From positions 156,977,275 to 157,014,395 of the forward strand of contig NC_068981.1 in assembly GCF_001194135.2 (NCBI RefSeq): 37,121 nt of DNA, written 5' to 3'. Numbering within the stretch: position 1 is the stretch's first letter; every line of letters begins with the position of its first letter. Positions 1 through 12,931 of the stretch are shown here, one piece after another. This DNA comes from Octopus bimaculoides (Eukaryota). A program made the translations under genes and the position numbers. The notes under the pieces are model-generated. The model was not told the origin of the DNA and did no database searches. It saw nothing but the letters and a program-made list of their open reading frames with translations.

Positions 1-35
<35 letters not shown>

Positions 36-1033
36 AGTGTACCCAATGCAAGTAATAAGTACATAAAAAAAAGATACAGTGAGATCTCCAGCAACTTAAT
101 AGGAAATCAAAGCTTGACTGTTATATTAACCGTTGTAAGTGTGTATGTGTGAGAAAGAGAGAATGAAAGAGAGAAAATCTGCTTAGAATCAAACCACTAA
201 AAATTACTTTGGTCTCAGAAAAACATCAAGAAAGCTACAAAAACTGAAGTAAATCAAACATATGCATGCACAGTTTTGTTTCACAGATAAAATACAAGAA
301 CATGCAAAGAACTTATGAAACATTTTGACTGTCTTAGAAAATTAGTAACACATATAACTTTACACTTGACTAATGAGTATGCTTTTATAGTGAAGCAGAT
401 TTTAATGGGGTGATGATGTATGTAATATTAGTTAAAGTCCAAGAGGTTTCTGTAGAGGAGCTAGGTAAAGGATTCAATTTTAGCTAAAATAAATTAGATA
501 ACCTTAAAATAATCATTAAAAAGATCAATTTAAAAATCATATCAAACACATATTAACATTCTCTTAAGCTTCCTTCAACCTAACATTATAACAGGTGCTA
601 TTATTTAATATATCAACTGAGGGCAATAGGATGGTGAAATGCCAGATCTAATGATTTGCGTTATTGAATTATGTTATGGGTTATGCTAAAAGTAATACTG
701 GAGTTGACTTTGCCTTTCAATTTTCTAGAAGTCAATTAAATAAGCAACATACAAGCATTAGGGTTGATTTAATTGACTACAGCTCTATTCTACAAATTTG
801 TGACTTTCTAACACTGTTGTAAGGATGTTCATGATAGCTGAGAGGGTAGAATGTTGAAAGCTCAATATTTTACATCCAAAACCTACTGGGACTGAGCTTT
901 ATTTGCAAATAGGGTTATATATAATGTACCAGTAAGATATTGGGTTCAATTATTTAACATCTTGAATAGTGTTTTGTCCTTGTTAAACTTAGACTTTGTT
1001 TTGGTGTACAATTAGAGAGCTGTAGTTCCTATA

Positions 1034-1200
1034 GAGAGCCTCTATGTGATCACTTGATCTGCTATATAATGCAACCAAATTCCTCCAAATCACACCTTAC
1101 CATCTTAGGAAAAAGAAAGAGTATACACAATGACTAGAAAAAAGCTGGAATGCCTGTGATCATAGGTTTGCTGCATCAGGATTGACAAGAATCTAAAAAC
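1034..1200 (+). repeat. Unclassified interspersed repeat (ctgctagaaatagcagcc family)
   Basis: Homologous, by eye, to 8685-8855, 12562-12772 (reverse) and 31370-31530. Confidence 0.5.
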
Positions 1201-1820
1201 ACTACAGCCTGTGCAAGCTGGGAAGAAAAAAAAGATCAAAACAATGATGATATTATATGCTTTGATACTAGTAGAATTTCAAACTTCTGAATTCCTTGAA
1301 AATTTAAAAACACCTCTTAAAGCACATTCTCATTTAAAAGTTATGTATTCTACAAGCTGTAACAATAGTTAAATGCAGCCCAGCTAAAAATATTCATTAA
1401 AGTAATATAATACAGAAATAAAGTGCTTCATAGAAACTTGTGTATTTGAAATGTTATAAATGCAGTGTTTCAAATGCATCATCTAATCTTATCTAAGAAC
1501 ATGTCATTTTTAATCTAGATTAAAACAAGTGACATGAAAATAGCCAATAGCTGGAGAAGACAAGAAATCAACAGGTCAAACTACTTTAGACATTAAAATG
1601 GAAAAGAAATGTAAGAGATTCATGTGTTGAGTAAAACAAAAGCTATTCTATAAAGCAAACTTAGATGGTGGTCAATACTTTGTGAATTCTAAATTGGATT
1701 CAAAAGTCTGGCTACTATCAAACTGAGTACAACCAACCGAATGCTGCAATAGACTTCTTAAACTTTTCAATACAAAGCCATCTGAGTCTGCTTCTAGTTC
1801 TCTGAGACAAACTTCCTGTT

Positions 1821-2045
1821 TTAACCCTTTAGCATTCAAATTACTCTGTCAACTATAATGCTTATTTATTCACATTGTTTTGAATTGATCAGGTATTATC
1901 CCACAACTCTGAGACTTCGCTGTGATTGTTTATCTTTAGAATGACACTGTAGGGTAGATGTGAGAGGCCAGATCAGGCTGATTTGAAGACAAAATAGGTA
2001 GAATATTTTGGCTGGATATGGCTGGTTTAAATGCTAAAGTGTTAA
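1821..2045 (+). mobile_element. TTAA-flanked MITE (piggyBac-like, non-autonomous)
   Basis: TTAA-CCCTTTAGCATT ... AATGCTAAAGTG-TTAA, about 225 bp, with internal homology to the other copies. Confidence 0.85.
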
Positions 2046-3254
2046 AGTAATCTAAGTTAAAACCTTCCAGCAAAATTTCATGTTAATTTAAGTTTGAAAC
2101 ACTAGATTAATAAATTCTTTTTACTAAATTCTTTGTTATTTTCAAAATTGATTGAAATAAAGACAGTGTATTTCAAAAGAAATACAGTAACAAAAGGATT
2201 ATATAGCTATTTAGTCCAATTTGCCACATTTACATAAGCATGGAAACTCAATTTAAAGAAAAATTTTAAATTGAAAATTAGTCATACAATAACAGAATTA
2301 GCACAGGAAAAGTCAAAAACACTCACTCTAACACTTACTAAAAAATCTTACAAAAATGGAGTAAGTTTTACACAACATTTCATTGTGTAGTGTTGAAGAA
2401 TAATAATAAAAACTAAAAAAATATAGTTTTAATATATTCATCTTGAGTTACCTCTAACACTAGAATTATAAGAAGTAAATGGAATGAAGCGAAGAAATTA
2501 AAAGAAAGAGATAGGAAAGTAATGTTTTCTTAATATCAAATAGTTTGACAGGTTTCATTACTAAAAAGAAGGTGAAAATGAGAAAAACAGACAAATGTTA
2601 AATGTTAATTATGTGTTCTTATACACATACAAGAAAAGCAAGTAGAATTTTATTGAAGATAATCATGAACATGCGACCTCAAAGAAGATATATTTGGCAC
2701 TAACATTGAGTCTTGTGCATTGCAATTAGTTAATGTATGTTCTTTTTATGTATACATATATGTATGAATGTACACACACATATATACATACAGAGAGAAA
2801 GAGAGAACACAGATACTAAGAAATTCTGGGATGATGCCAGAGCAAGATTGCTTAAAAGGAATTTAGTTAATTTTACACTGAATAAGCAATGTAATTGAAG
2901 CAAAAGAAAAATAAGCAGAATTCAAATAAATTTTTTCCTTTAAAAAAATTCCCACTTCCCCATCACCTTATATAATATATACATATAAGATATTCAAATT
3001 ATGTAAGTGTTGGATCTATTTCTACTTCTGCACATGCAGAGTTCAAATGGGAAAAAGTAGAAACAGGAAAAATGATTTTAAATAGTATTAACACATGACA
3101 AATAATAGATGATTCTGTTACTGTAGTGAGAGAGTTCAAGAGGGAATTGAATATAGATAAAATGATACATATGGGACTTGGTATGTGAATGGAAATTCAT
3201 TAATTTTTTATTCTGGCACACAGGTAGATTGTATGTGTGTGTGTATGTGTGAGA

Positions 3255-3683
3255 TCATTTAGCATCCGTTTTTCATGTTGCCATGGGTTAGACAGTTTGA
3301 CTGGAACTAGTAAGCCGGAGAGCTGTACAAGGCTCCAGTCTGATTTGGCTTGGTTTTTATGGTTGGATGCCCTTCCTAACACCAACCACTCCAAGACAGT
3401 AGTGGGTGCCTTTTGCATGTCACTGGCACGGGTGCCTTCTACGTGTCACCAGCATGGGTACCTTTTATGTGTCATCAGCACACATGCCTTTTACATGTCA
3501 CCGGCACTGTCCATAACTACAATTTCACTTGGATTGACAAGTCTTTTCAAGCACAGCAAATCGCCAAAGGTCTTATTTACTTGTCATCACCTCCGTAAGA
3601 CCCAACATCCAAAGATCATGTTTCACTGCCTTGTTCCATATCTTCTTGGGTCTACATCTTCCACAGGCTCCCTCCACAGTTAG
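3255..3683 (-). mobile_element. RTE-clade LINE 3' fragment (ORF end + 3' UTR)
   Basis: The reverse strand contains the degraded C-terminal GRGRP.KTW...DL segment, the shared 3' UTR (aggaagggcatccagc ... catgg) and a GAT tail remnant. Confidence 0.75.
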
Positions 3684-3806
3684 ATATATATATATGTATG
3701 TACGTATATGTGCCTGTATATGTGTATGTGTATATATGTAAAGACAGGCACAAAAACCAAGTTGAAGATGGCAAGTTTGGCTTTTTACCTACTATTTAAG
3801 AAGAAA

Positions 3807-4318
3807 GCTGGATATAAGAGGCATCACATGTTGTGTGCAAGAGAAAAAACTGTACTGGTTTGATCATGTGATGCCTATGGATGAGGACAGCTGTATAAAG
3901 AAGTGCCAAGCTCTAATAGTGGGGGTACTGTGGAAGGAATAAAGTGGTGAGAAAGGATTTTCGGATGCTGGACCTGACTGAGGAAATGACAAGGGGCCAG
4001 GAGAGGCAATTTGCTGTACTTGATAAGATGTGTTAAGCTAAGTAAAATCACTGTCATCCATACATACAGGCTTGTCCTTTCAAGGGTCAGTGCCACTTAA
4101 AAAGCAACTGTGCTGGTGTTGCATTAATGCACCCGTGCTGGTGACATGTAGAAAGACCCAACGCACTCTGTTAAGTGGCTGGCATTAGGAAGGGCATCCA
4201 GCCATAGAAACCATGCAACAGACAGCTGGAGTCTGGATAGCTCCCTCCTAGCCAGCTCCTTGTAAAACTATCCAACCCATGTCAGCATGGAAAGCAGATG
4301 CTAAATGATGCTGACGAT
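3807..4318 (+). mobile_element. RTE-clade LINE 3' fragment
   Basis: Degraded ...WF.HV..MDEDSCIKKC... coding end, then the 3' UTR, ending aaagcagatgctaaatgatg. Confidence 0.75.
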
Positions 4319-4464
4319 AACTACTCTTTTGATGATGGAATGCTTGGAACTGATTGGTCCTCTCAAGAAAGTCTACCTTGGGCATTTTGCAGGTTAGTGG
4401 AGCAAATTTCACATCTATGTTAAAATAGATTGGATGGCTTAAAAAATATCAACACTTGAAAAGT

Positions 4465-4672
4465 TTAACCCTTTAGCATTTAAGCTAGCTGTATCAGGCC
4501 AAAATATTCTACCTGTTTTATGTTCAAACCAGCCAGATCAGGCCACTCACAACTACCCTACAACGTCATTCTAAAAATAAACAATCACATCATTGAAATC
4601 TCAAAGCTACAAGATAATGCATGATTAATTCAAAACAATGGGATATGGCCAGTTTACATGCTAAAGCGTTAA
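4465..4672 (-). mobile_element. TTAA MITE, chimeric copy with two right ends
   Basis: Reverse-oriented body with TTAA at both ends. The last 32 bp are a forward right end instead of the left end. Confidence 0.8.
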
Positions 4673-5174
4673 ACAAACTGCTTAAACAATAGTTGTAGCA
4701 GAACTAGAGCAGGTGATCTATGGAAAAGTATTAGAAACACCTTGTTACATCATCTCAATAAAGAGTGACACTCGAATATATTAACTTCTTTAACACACAC
4801 TTATAAAGAAGTATTTTTGTATTTTAAAATTATGTCCAGTTGCATAAACATAATCAGTGCTTAAAATAGTAGGTAATGCAAGCGGGAACCTAAAACATAG
4901 TGTTGATATATGGCATCTAGTCACTACAAAAATTAAATAGATTAAATGTGTCAGCAAAAGTTAGAGTCAACAGCAGGGAATTTATTGTGAGGAAAATCCT
5001 ATAAAGTTATGCAATCGAAATTTTGAATCAGTTAAATAACTCCAAGCAGTTACTAAATGAGTAGAATGTGAACTGAGAACACCATTAAAATAAAATGACC
5101 TACAGAAATAACTATGGCTAACATATAATACTTAGTGGAACCATATATTGCCTAAATTAGCTTTATGTTAAAAG

Positions 5175-5209
<35 letters not shown>

Positions 5210-5404
5210 TTGTATGTTAAGGCATATAAACTAAGAAAGTAGATAATATATGTTGTAAATAAAACATTAATTTACTGAGAGCTGAAGCTTCACACAGTTG
5301 CTATTCCAAGTTTTCAACTTGATTATCTATCAAAGAAATAATGCAGAATTCAGTCTGGCACTATGAGACCTACTTTGACAGTTCTTAAAAAGTATGGGCA
5401 TAAG

Positions 5405-5560
5405 CATGGCCATCAAGTGAAGAAGTCTTTCACACTCAAGTGATTCTGATTTCAATCTCAACATGCAGTATCTTGTGCAAGTTACTTCTATCATAGCCTT
5501 GGGTCAACCCAAACCTTGCAAATGAAATTAATAGACTCAAATTGTGCAGAAGCCTACTGA
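5405..5560 (+). mobile_element. Degraded composite-SINE 5' half
   Basis: gtgcaagttacttctatcatagccttgggtcaacccaaaccttg core. Confidence 0.5.
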
Positions 5561-5612
5561 ACGGGTTACATCTGGTTTTGTGTGGTAGACTTAATCCATT
5601 GCCTGGGTTTAA

Positions 5613-5772
5613 CACTACACTCTCAGAGTGGTTGGCGTTAGGAAGAGCATCCAGCTGTAGAAACTCTGCCAAATCAGAATGGAGCTTGGTGTAGCCATCT
5701 GGTTCACCAGTCCTCAGTCAAATCGTCCAACCCATGCTAGCATGGAAAGCGGACGTTAAACGATGATGATGA
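5613..5772 (+). mobile_element. RTE 3' UTR fragment, young subfamily
   Basis: Ends gcggacgttaaacgatgatgat. About 70 bp are identical to the copy ending near 35320. Confidence 0.75.
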
Positions 5773-6194
5773 CATCAGCAGACTTCACACTATTTCAAGC
5801 ATTCAACCAGGTCTCTAGACTGTGACATGATTCCTTCCTCCCTTTTCCTTAACCAATCTTTGAGGTTCTGCAAAATGGTGATGAGCACTGCCATTCCTCC
5901 ACTGACTAAACCCCAATTTTTTTTTAGTAACATTAATGAATTAAATGAAAGTTATAACTAAATGTAACATTAACCACAGCTTGACTTAAAATATATCTTA
6001 GATAACATCATAGCACTCACCAACATGATAAACAAGAAACAGATTCTCGTAGAAGCTTAAATCCTCAGAGTTTACCATTTATTTTTTTGGTGGGGAGAAG
6101 ATTAATGAGAAGTCATGCATATAAAATGAAGTAGTTCCAGTTACTTCACTTAAGGTTATTCAAGTTTTCTATTAGCAAGTGAATAAGTGCACAA

Positions 6195-6241
<47 letters not shown>

Positions 6242-7129
6242 TGCATACATGCGTGTGTGTGTGTGTGTATGCTCATTTTTATAAGACATGCGTATATAAG
6301 TAAAAATTTAACTAAATTCCTTTATGATAAAATACTAATGTGCTGATCTATATTCAAAGTTCAGCAAAAAAAAAAACCAATAGAGTAAGTACCAGGCTTA
6401 GAGCAAGACTAATACCTCAGATTTCAGACAGCAAAATCTAAGAAAAATAGCAAAGGATATGCCTCTGGGCATTATTAGATTGTGCAAAACTGCAACTATT
6501 TCACTAAAATGTGGTTATTATCCTTGTGTAGTTGGGCATTGTCATAAAATCAACCATTTCCAGCATTTTTCTGACCATGAATAGCAATCTTCAGGTCACA
6601 ATATCTCCGAGAATAATCGATGCAATAGGCTGAAATTTTGCAAATGTATCACTTTGATACTTGCCTAGATGCTGTTCTAGTGTGACTAGATACACTTCAT
6701 TTGTTCATCTTCCAGAGACACTTGAATGCTACTAGCCAGGGGTAAAAAAAGCTTGAACTGCTGCATATGGCTATGAGCAACCCCACAATGAAATCTAGGC
6801 CGACTTCATCAATGTCTTTGCATTTAGTCTGTACCCCAATCTGTTGGCATTCCAACTTAGAGCATATTATCTTTGATAGTTTGGTAGAAAAAGTGACCTA
6901 AAATAAGGGTCTGTTTGCATCATCTGTCATTTTGAATTTATAATTAGGTCATGAATAGATAATGTGGAAATTTGAATATTATGTTTTTTGATAGAACTAA
7001 CATTGTTCTTGATGTATGCCATATTTAGTTTGCCTGGGTTTTATTCCCACTGAGAGAGAGAGCATCTTCAATTTAGGAGTGTTTTCCTACATCTGAGGTG
7101 TTAGTGTTGCCTTACGAAAAAAAAAAAAA

Positions 7130-7214
7130 TGCTGGTGTCAATTTGTTAAATTAAAATTCTTTAAGGTGGTGCCCCAGCATGGCCACAGACTATGACTGAA
7201 ACAAGTAAAAGAAT
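7130..7214 (+). mobile_element. Composite-SINE 3' tail fragment
   Basis: ggtggtgccccagcatggccacagactatgactgaaacaagtaaaaga. Confidence 0.65.
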
Positions 7215-7570
7215 TAACGAACATCTTTATGTATATAAATCTGGTAATAATTAAAAAGTTAATCATTTATAATAACAATAATATAAATTATATTAAATTT
7301 ACATCAGGCAAATTAACTTAGCTGTAAGATATCTATTTCAACAATCCTAATCAATCAACCTAACATGGGTGACTTAGGCCTGGTGGTTCAAACATATGAC
7401 TAATGGCAATGTTTAGATTGGCATCCAGCTCAATTTTATTAAAAATAAATTTTATCAGTATTTTTTTTTCTAAAATATTATGCAAAATAATTATTGCTAG
7501 CATATGTTCAGAGCTAGAGCAAGACTAAAAGTTATGATTAACACCATTCCAATTATCCAAATCAGTGACA

Positions 7571-7784
7571 TTAACCCTTTAGCATTCAGATTACTCTGTC
7601 AAATGCAATGCTTATTTATTCACATTGTTTTAAAATAATCACACATTATTTTGTAGCTTTGAGATTCCAATGATGTGATTGCTTATTGTAGGGTAGGTGT
7701 AAGAGGTCTGACCTGGCTGGTTTGAACATGGAACAGGGTGAAACTTTGGGCCTGATATGGCTGAATTAAATACTAAAGGATTAA
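7571..7784 (+). mobile_element. TTAA MITE
   Basis: TTAACCCTTTAGCATTCAGATTACTCTGTC ... AATACTAAAGGATTAA. Confidence 0.85.
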
Positions 7785-7954
7785 GGAACCTCTTGTTATC
7801 TCATTAAATGAAAAAGAATCTTATGAATCCACATAGTAAAAGATGTGACTTATTTCCCCTTCACTTAGTCTATACATGCTGAACCAAACATAGCTTTTTC
7901 CCCACCACATTTATATACATGTTTTCCAAAATGGATTCCAGAGATTTTTTTCAT

Positions 7955-8290
7955 TTTTTACTTGTTACAGTCACTAGAATGCAGCCATGCTGGGAAACCA
8001 ACATAAAGAATTTTAGTTGAACAAATTGACCCCAGTATTTAATTTAAACCCAGTACTTATTCTATCATCTCTTTTGCAAAACCATCAAGTTACAGGGATG
8101 TAAACACACCAGCAACAAATGTCAAGTGGTGGACGGGGGGGGGGGCAACCTCACACACACACATATATGATGGGCTTCTTTAAGGAAGCTATGGAAGTTA
8201 ATTGTCCAAGGTGTCATGCAGTGGAACTGAACCTGGAACCATGTGGTTTGGAAGCAAATTTCTCACCACACAGCCACACTTGTGCCTATA
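7955..8290 (-). mobile_element. Composite tRNA-SINE (head + core + ccagcatggc/aacaagtaaaa tail)
   Basis: Reverse copy of the abundant family also seen at 32068-32470. Confidence 0.7.
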
Positions 8291-8684
8291 TGAGATATGA
8301 ACAATATTAAAAGATTTTGTCACTAAAACAGTGCAAGCTTTCTATCAAGAACTTTATTCATTCATTTGAACAATATCTATTTCTGTTCTCACTCTTAGGT
8401 GTCTTATATAACAAAAATGTATATATACCATCTAGATGAGGTTTTTCCACATATTTCTGCACACAAACTTTGCTAACACCTCATATTTTTTCCTTTACTG
8501 TTGATAAAGTTGTTATAATTTATATTGATCCTTTACTCATTTACTTTGGCCTACATTATGAACTACATTATGAATAGGGCATTTAGGCATGATTGTTCTA
8601 TACTGGCTCACGTGATCAAATTTATACTTCAATCCAGATCACAAAGCCAAACAAGTTTGATACCCCTGCTATATACACTATCAG

Positions 8685-8855
8685 CCTGATAAAAATAGCA
8701 GTCAACTCTCCCTTAAACCACACTCTACATACTTTCTCTTATAAGAGGAAGGACACATGGAAAAATGTAATCTTGCGTTAGTCTTGAAAAAGATGAGTTG
8801 GTCTTGATCATAGACTTGCTTGATCAGGGCTGAGCTGGAGTTAACAACAACAACA
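8685..8855 (+). repeat. Same unclassified family, with (AAC)n tail
   Basis: aaatagcagtcaactctcccttaaaccacac ... gatcagggctgagctggagttaacaacaacaac. Confidence 0.55.
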
Positions 8856-9380
8856 TTCTGGTTGTCTAAACCATGCCTATATAGAAAATCAGATATAAAA
8901 TAATTTAACATAAGGGCACTGATATCATTACAAGAAATGGCCCTGATAAGTTTGCTCTTCTAATTAGTTATACGATTTAAGGTAGTGATGTACTAAATAA
9001 TATATACAAATAAATTCTCAGTTACTTGAAAATTCCCTCTTAGTTGGAAAAAGAAAATAAAAAGCTAATGGTAAATTTGTGTGACTTTCTTTTTAAAGAA
9101 TAGGGGAGATAATTTCAAGTAATTAAGAATTTTAAAGTAGGCTTCAGTAGACTATATCGTGTCGATGAAGACTAATAAGACCAAAACATAACTGTAGTTG
9201 TCCTTTCATCTGCTGCTAAAGATCAAATTTTCTAAATATGTAAGTAAATTCTATGAAATTAACTTTCAATATTTGGAAATTATATCCCATTTTCTTAACA
9301 ATTAGTGCTACATTTTAATTTTCTTTCTCCAAGAGGAAAATTTCAGCTAATGGAGAATAATTTGCATAAAACATTTAGCA

Positions 9381-9600
9381 CATCATCATCATCATCCAGT
9401 GTTTTAAATCCAGGTTTTGTCCCCGTTAACTGGGGTGGCCAGGTCTACCTCAATGCCATTGCAACTGAGGCAAGCAGGTGCAGCCCACCCCAACCTTTGG
9501 GCTGACTGGTGCCCATTCTCCCTTGCTATCATGAGGCTTTTTTGGAGCTGGATGTTCTACAGAGAGTATGCCCTTACTTATTCCCACATCACCTTCTAAA
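9381..9600 (-). mobile_element. LINE-like 3' end with (GAT)n tail, a different family
   Basis: The reverse strand ends acggggacaaaacctggatttaaaacactggatgatgatgatg. The body is unrelated to the main RTE UTR. Clade not determined. Confidence 0.45.
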
Positions 9601-9679
9601 TTATTTATCAAAATTCATGATATTGGCCCACTTAGTTTTTTCCATTAGCTCATTCATTTTTTTAAATTTTGCAAATGAC

Positions 9680-10040
9680 TCTGTCTACCTCATTTCACTC
9701 TTAAGGTATTCTGTGATATAGTCTGAGGTTATATAGTAGAAGGCACTTACTCAAGGTGCCATGCTGTAGACTGCAACCTGAAACTGCATGGTTGCAAAGT
9801 CAACTTCATAGCCAGAAAGTCATATAGGAAAAGAGTTGGACATTTTTGGCTAGGATCATCATCATCATGATACTAACCAAAAGACTCTTTTCTTATATGG
9901 CTGTTTGGCTACGAAATTGACTTTGTAACCATGCAGTTTCAGGTTCCAGTCTACAGCATGGCACCGTGAGTAAGTGCCTTCTACTATATAACCTCGGGCT
10001 ATATCACAGAATACCTTAAGAGTGAAATGGGGTAGACAGA
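9680..10040. repeat. Inverted pair of composite-SINE 5' halves (157-bp arms, 47-bp spacer)
   Basis: 9680-9836 is the reverse complement of 9884-10040, with 12 mismatches counted by hand. Confidence 0.95.
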
Positions 10041-11820
10041 AATTGTAAGAACACTCGGTGTGTGTGTGTGTGTGTGTGTTTACATGCTTGTGTACATGAG
10101 AGTGTCTGTATAAGAGTATAAGGGTTTTCACTAGTCTTCGCATTGGCATCATCTGAGCAATGGCCTGTTTGTTTACAATGCATCCCACAGTTCATTGGTT
10201 ACATGTTAAAACCAGTGTAATAAAAATACATTACTTGAAAAACAACAAATAGTTGACTATAGGAACAGCATTTAGCCACAGAATACTGTCTCACTAACTC
10301 TCGTCCAACACTTGGAAAAGGCAGACATAAACACATTGATGATGACAATGAAAATGACATCAATGATGATGGAAAACTTATATCAACTGATCAAAGCAGA
10401 CTTTAGAGTAGCAGATAATACTTTAGCAAGATTGAAATGTGTAGATGTCCCCTTGACAATAAAAATAAGATTTTTTCCTTAAGTACTTAAATAGATTTTT
10501 TGAAATTAATTTTTTAATTTCTTAAAATTAGCTCTCCTATTCTTTGAACGTTGCAATCAATTAACCTTAAGGTTTTCGTTTTCTCCGGCTTCGTGGTTAC
10601 TCTATAAAAGAACTGTACCCAGATGCCCAGACTTTATAACAATGGTATTTTATACAAAAACTAAGATTACTGACCAGATAATGTCACTGCAACCTTTAGC
10701 AGTGTCTGAATGTGCAAGTGTGCTTATGAAACACATAGAATCATAGAACATATCTCAATAGAATAATTATTACAATCTAATTTTAACAGGTGAATATCTT
10801 TTAACTACAATATGTTACTGATATTTTGCCATGGTTTAGCAAGAAAGTGAAGATTTTTACAGAGAAGATTTTTACAGAGATATGTTAAAATTCCATAAGA
10901 AGAAGAAAAATTCATGCAAACAATATGATAAACATAACTATGGTTTTTGGCAGCATAAGTAAACTAGTTGATAACAAATAAAAAGAAATGCATTATATCG
11001 TATTAGAATCATGTTTAATTTACTTTAACATGCAAACCATCTTTTCTTTTCTTTTTTTTTTTTTGTTAATATCACAAAAAGATGTATATGCACATGTACA
11101 TTACATACAAAACAAAGAATTACTGCTGAATACAAAAAAAAATAATAAAATACTAAAGGAGTTCCTTCTTGTCAAAAGCAAAAAGAATAAAAATAAAGAA
11201 CTGACAAAAGATAAACTAGGAAAAAACAAAAAAAAAACAGAATTCCAGCACACAGCACTCAACAAAAATGTAATATTGTAAACTTCCCATTTCTATAATG
11301 CTGACAAAGTTAAATTGCTATAACGTATTTTTTATGTGATTTTTCTTGAAGTTATTGTTGATACTCAAAGTTCTTTTATTCCTATTGTTTTTGTGTTATG
11401 TAGTTAGTTAATCGCAGATGGCTTCCCGCAATAGAATTTTATTTTGTTCTTCCATCTTCTTCACTCATCAACACACACACACACACACACACACATGCAG
11501 AGAGAAAGACAGACAGACAGGAAGTAGGAGAAAGAGCAAGAGAATATATCATGCTTTCTTCTCCCTTAAAACTAAAAGCTGAATAAACCAATGAACAGGG
11601 TCAAATGAAACTGCAATTCTGCAGATATATCCAATGTGTTACAGTGTAATGATGTAAAATTTTGCTGTATTGTAGTTAGTTGGTGCTTAACATATTTTTA
11701 AAAATCAGATATTCAATTTTGTTTCATAGTCAAATATCTAATCTTTTAGCTTAAATCTTACAGCATAGTTTTAAGCTATTCTTAGAAATTAGAATAAATT
11801 TCCTCTTTTATTTACCAAGA

Positions 11821-11863
<43 letters not shown>

Positions 11864-12369
11864 TTTGTGTGTGCACATGTATGTGCGTTTATTTATGGTT
11901 ATTATTTTACAAATAACTGGATATTTGCTGAAGGACCCAATACTAAAAGTTTTAAAACTAGTCAAATTATAAAATTCATTTTGACAGCTTACCCAAACAT
12001 TACTGTACATATATAAATACACACACACATATAAATACATACATAAACATACACACATGTATGTATGCATAACCCTTGGGGTTGTACATAGTTTCTGAGC
12101 AAATTAACACTGGCAGAGGATGTTCTGAAAGTATTCTTGCTAGAATAAGAATAGGATAGAGGAAGTTTAGAGAAGTATTACTTCTGTTGACACAAAAAGT
12201 CTCTCTCTCAGAGTGAAAAGCAGATTGTATGATGCTTCTGTACAAATGCCTATGCTTCATGGTAGTAAGACATGGATCCTGAATACAGAAACATGTGTAG
12301 ACTGGAGAGGAATGAATTTAGTATGCTCCAATGGATGTGCAAAATCAGTGTGCAAGTGCAATAGAAGGT

Positions 12370-12530
12370 AAATATGCTTAGAGAAAAGATGGGCATAAGA
12401 AAAATCAGTTAGCATGCAATGAAGATGAATACATTGGTTTGAACATGTAATGCACATGAATGAAGACAGCTGCATAAAGAAGTGTTGATCATTTAAATTG
12501 GATAGCACCTGTGGAAGAGGGAGACCTCTT
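12370..12530 (+). mobile_element. RTE ORF C-terminal fragment
   Basis: tggtttgaacatg...atgaatgaagacagctgcataaagaagtg...tgtggaagagggagacc reads WF.H..MNEDSCIKKC...CGRGRP. Confidence 0.6.
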
Positions 12531-12561
12531 GTAAAACAGCAGTATGTGTATTGAGTGGAAT

Positions 12562-12772
12562 TTGCTGCTGTTTCCAGAAGGTCAAGCAATTACTGGTCTG
12601 TGCTGTTGCTCATGTAGTTCGGCAATGGTGAAAGATATTCCAATCATGACCACCCCATGCTTTTCATATGAGCAAAGAACATAATTAAAACATGACTGTT
12701 CAAAGATGTTAGGCTGTAGTTTGAGAGAGAAAGATGGCTATTGTTTCTAGCAGGTGTACCTACCATGTAAAC
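12562..12772 (-). repeat. Same unclassified family, reverse copy
   Basis: tttgagagagaaagatggctattgtttctagcagg is the reverse of the family core. Confidence 0.5.
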
Positions 12773-12892
12773 ATACTTGCGACAGAAGGCTATGATTTGA
12801 CTGAAATCTGGCCACCCCACAAGTCAACAGTAAGGGAGTAGACTTTTGATGAAGGTAGTCAGTCTATCCATGGCCATCCTACATGTGCAGTA

Positions 12893-12931
<39 letters not shown>

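Noticed and set aside
4305-4392. ATG...GCAG|GTTAGT phase-1 candidate first exon for the FReD gene (MMLTITTLLMMECLELIG...)
   Set aside because: The phase fits, but the start lies in the (GAT)n tail of an RTE fragment and the peptide is a poor signal sequence. There is no independent support.
6425-6920. Possible heavily decayed mariner-like relic on the minus strand (YDNAQLH...LDFAV)
   Set aside because: It has multiple stops, only faint motif similarity and no TIRs. It cannot be supported without a profile search.
8565-8668. CAGGGGTATCAAAC hAT-like end on the minus strand
   Set aside because: Only one end is visible, with no partner TIR or TSD.
10849-10878. 15-bp tandem duplication (a 12-bp one also occurs near 8551-8574)
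   Set aside because: Ordinary slippage duplications with no further structure.
12170-12240. Minus-strand RSIIQSAF..., superficially like the next TMX3 exon (LKSIIQEVAR)
   Set aside because: The similarity is limited to SIIQ, the acceptor is weak and there is no phase-2 donor.
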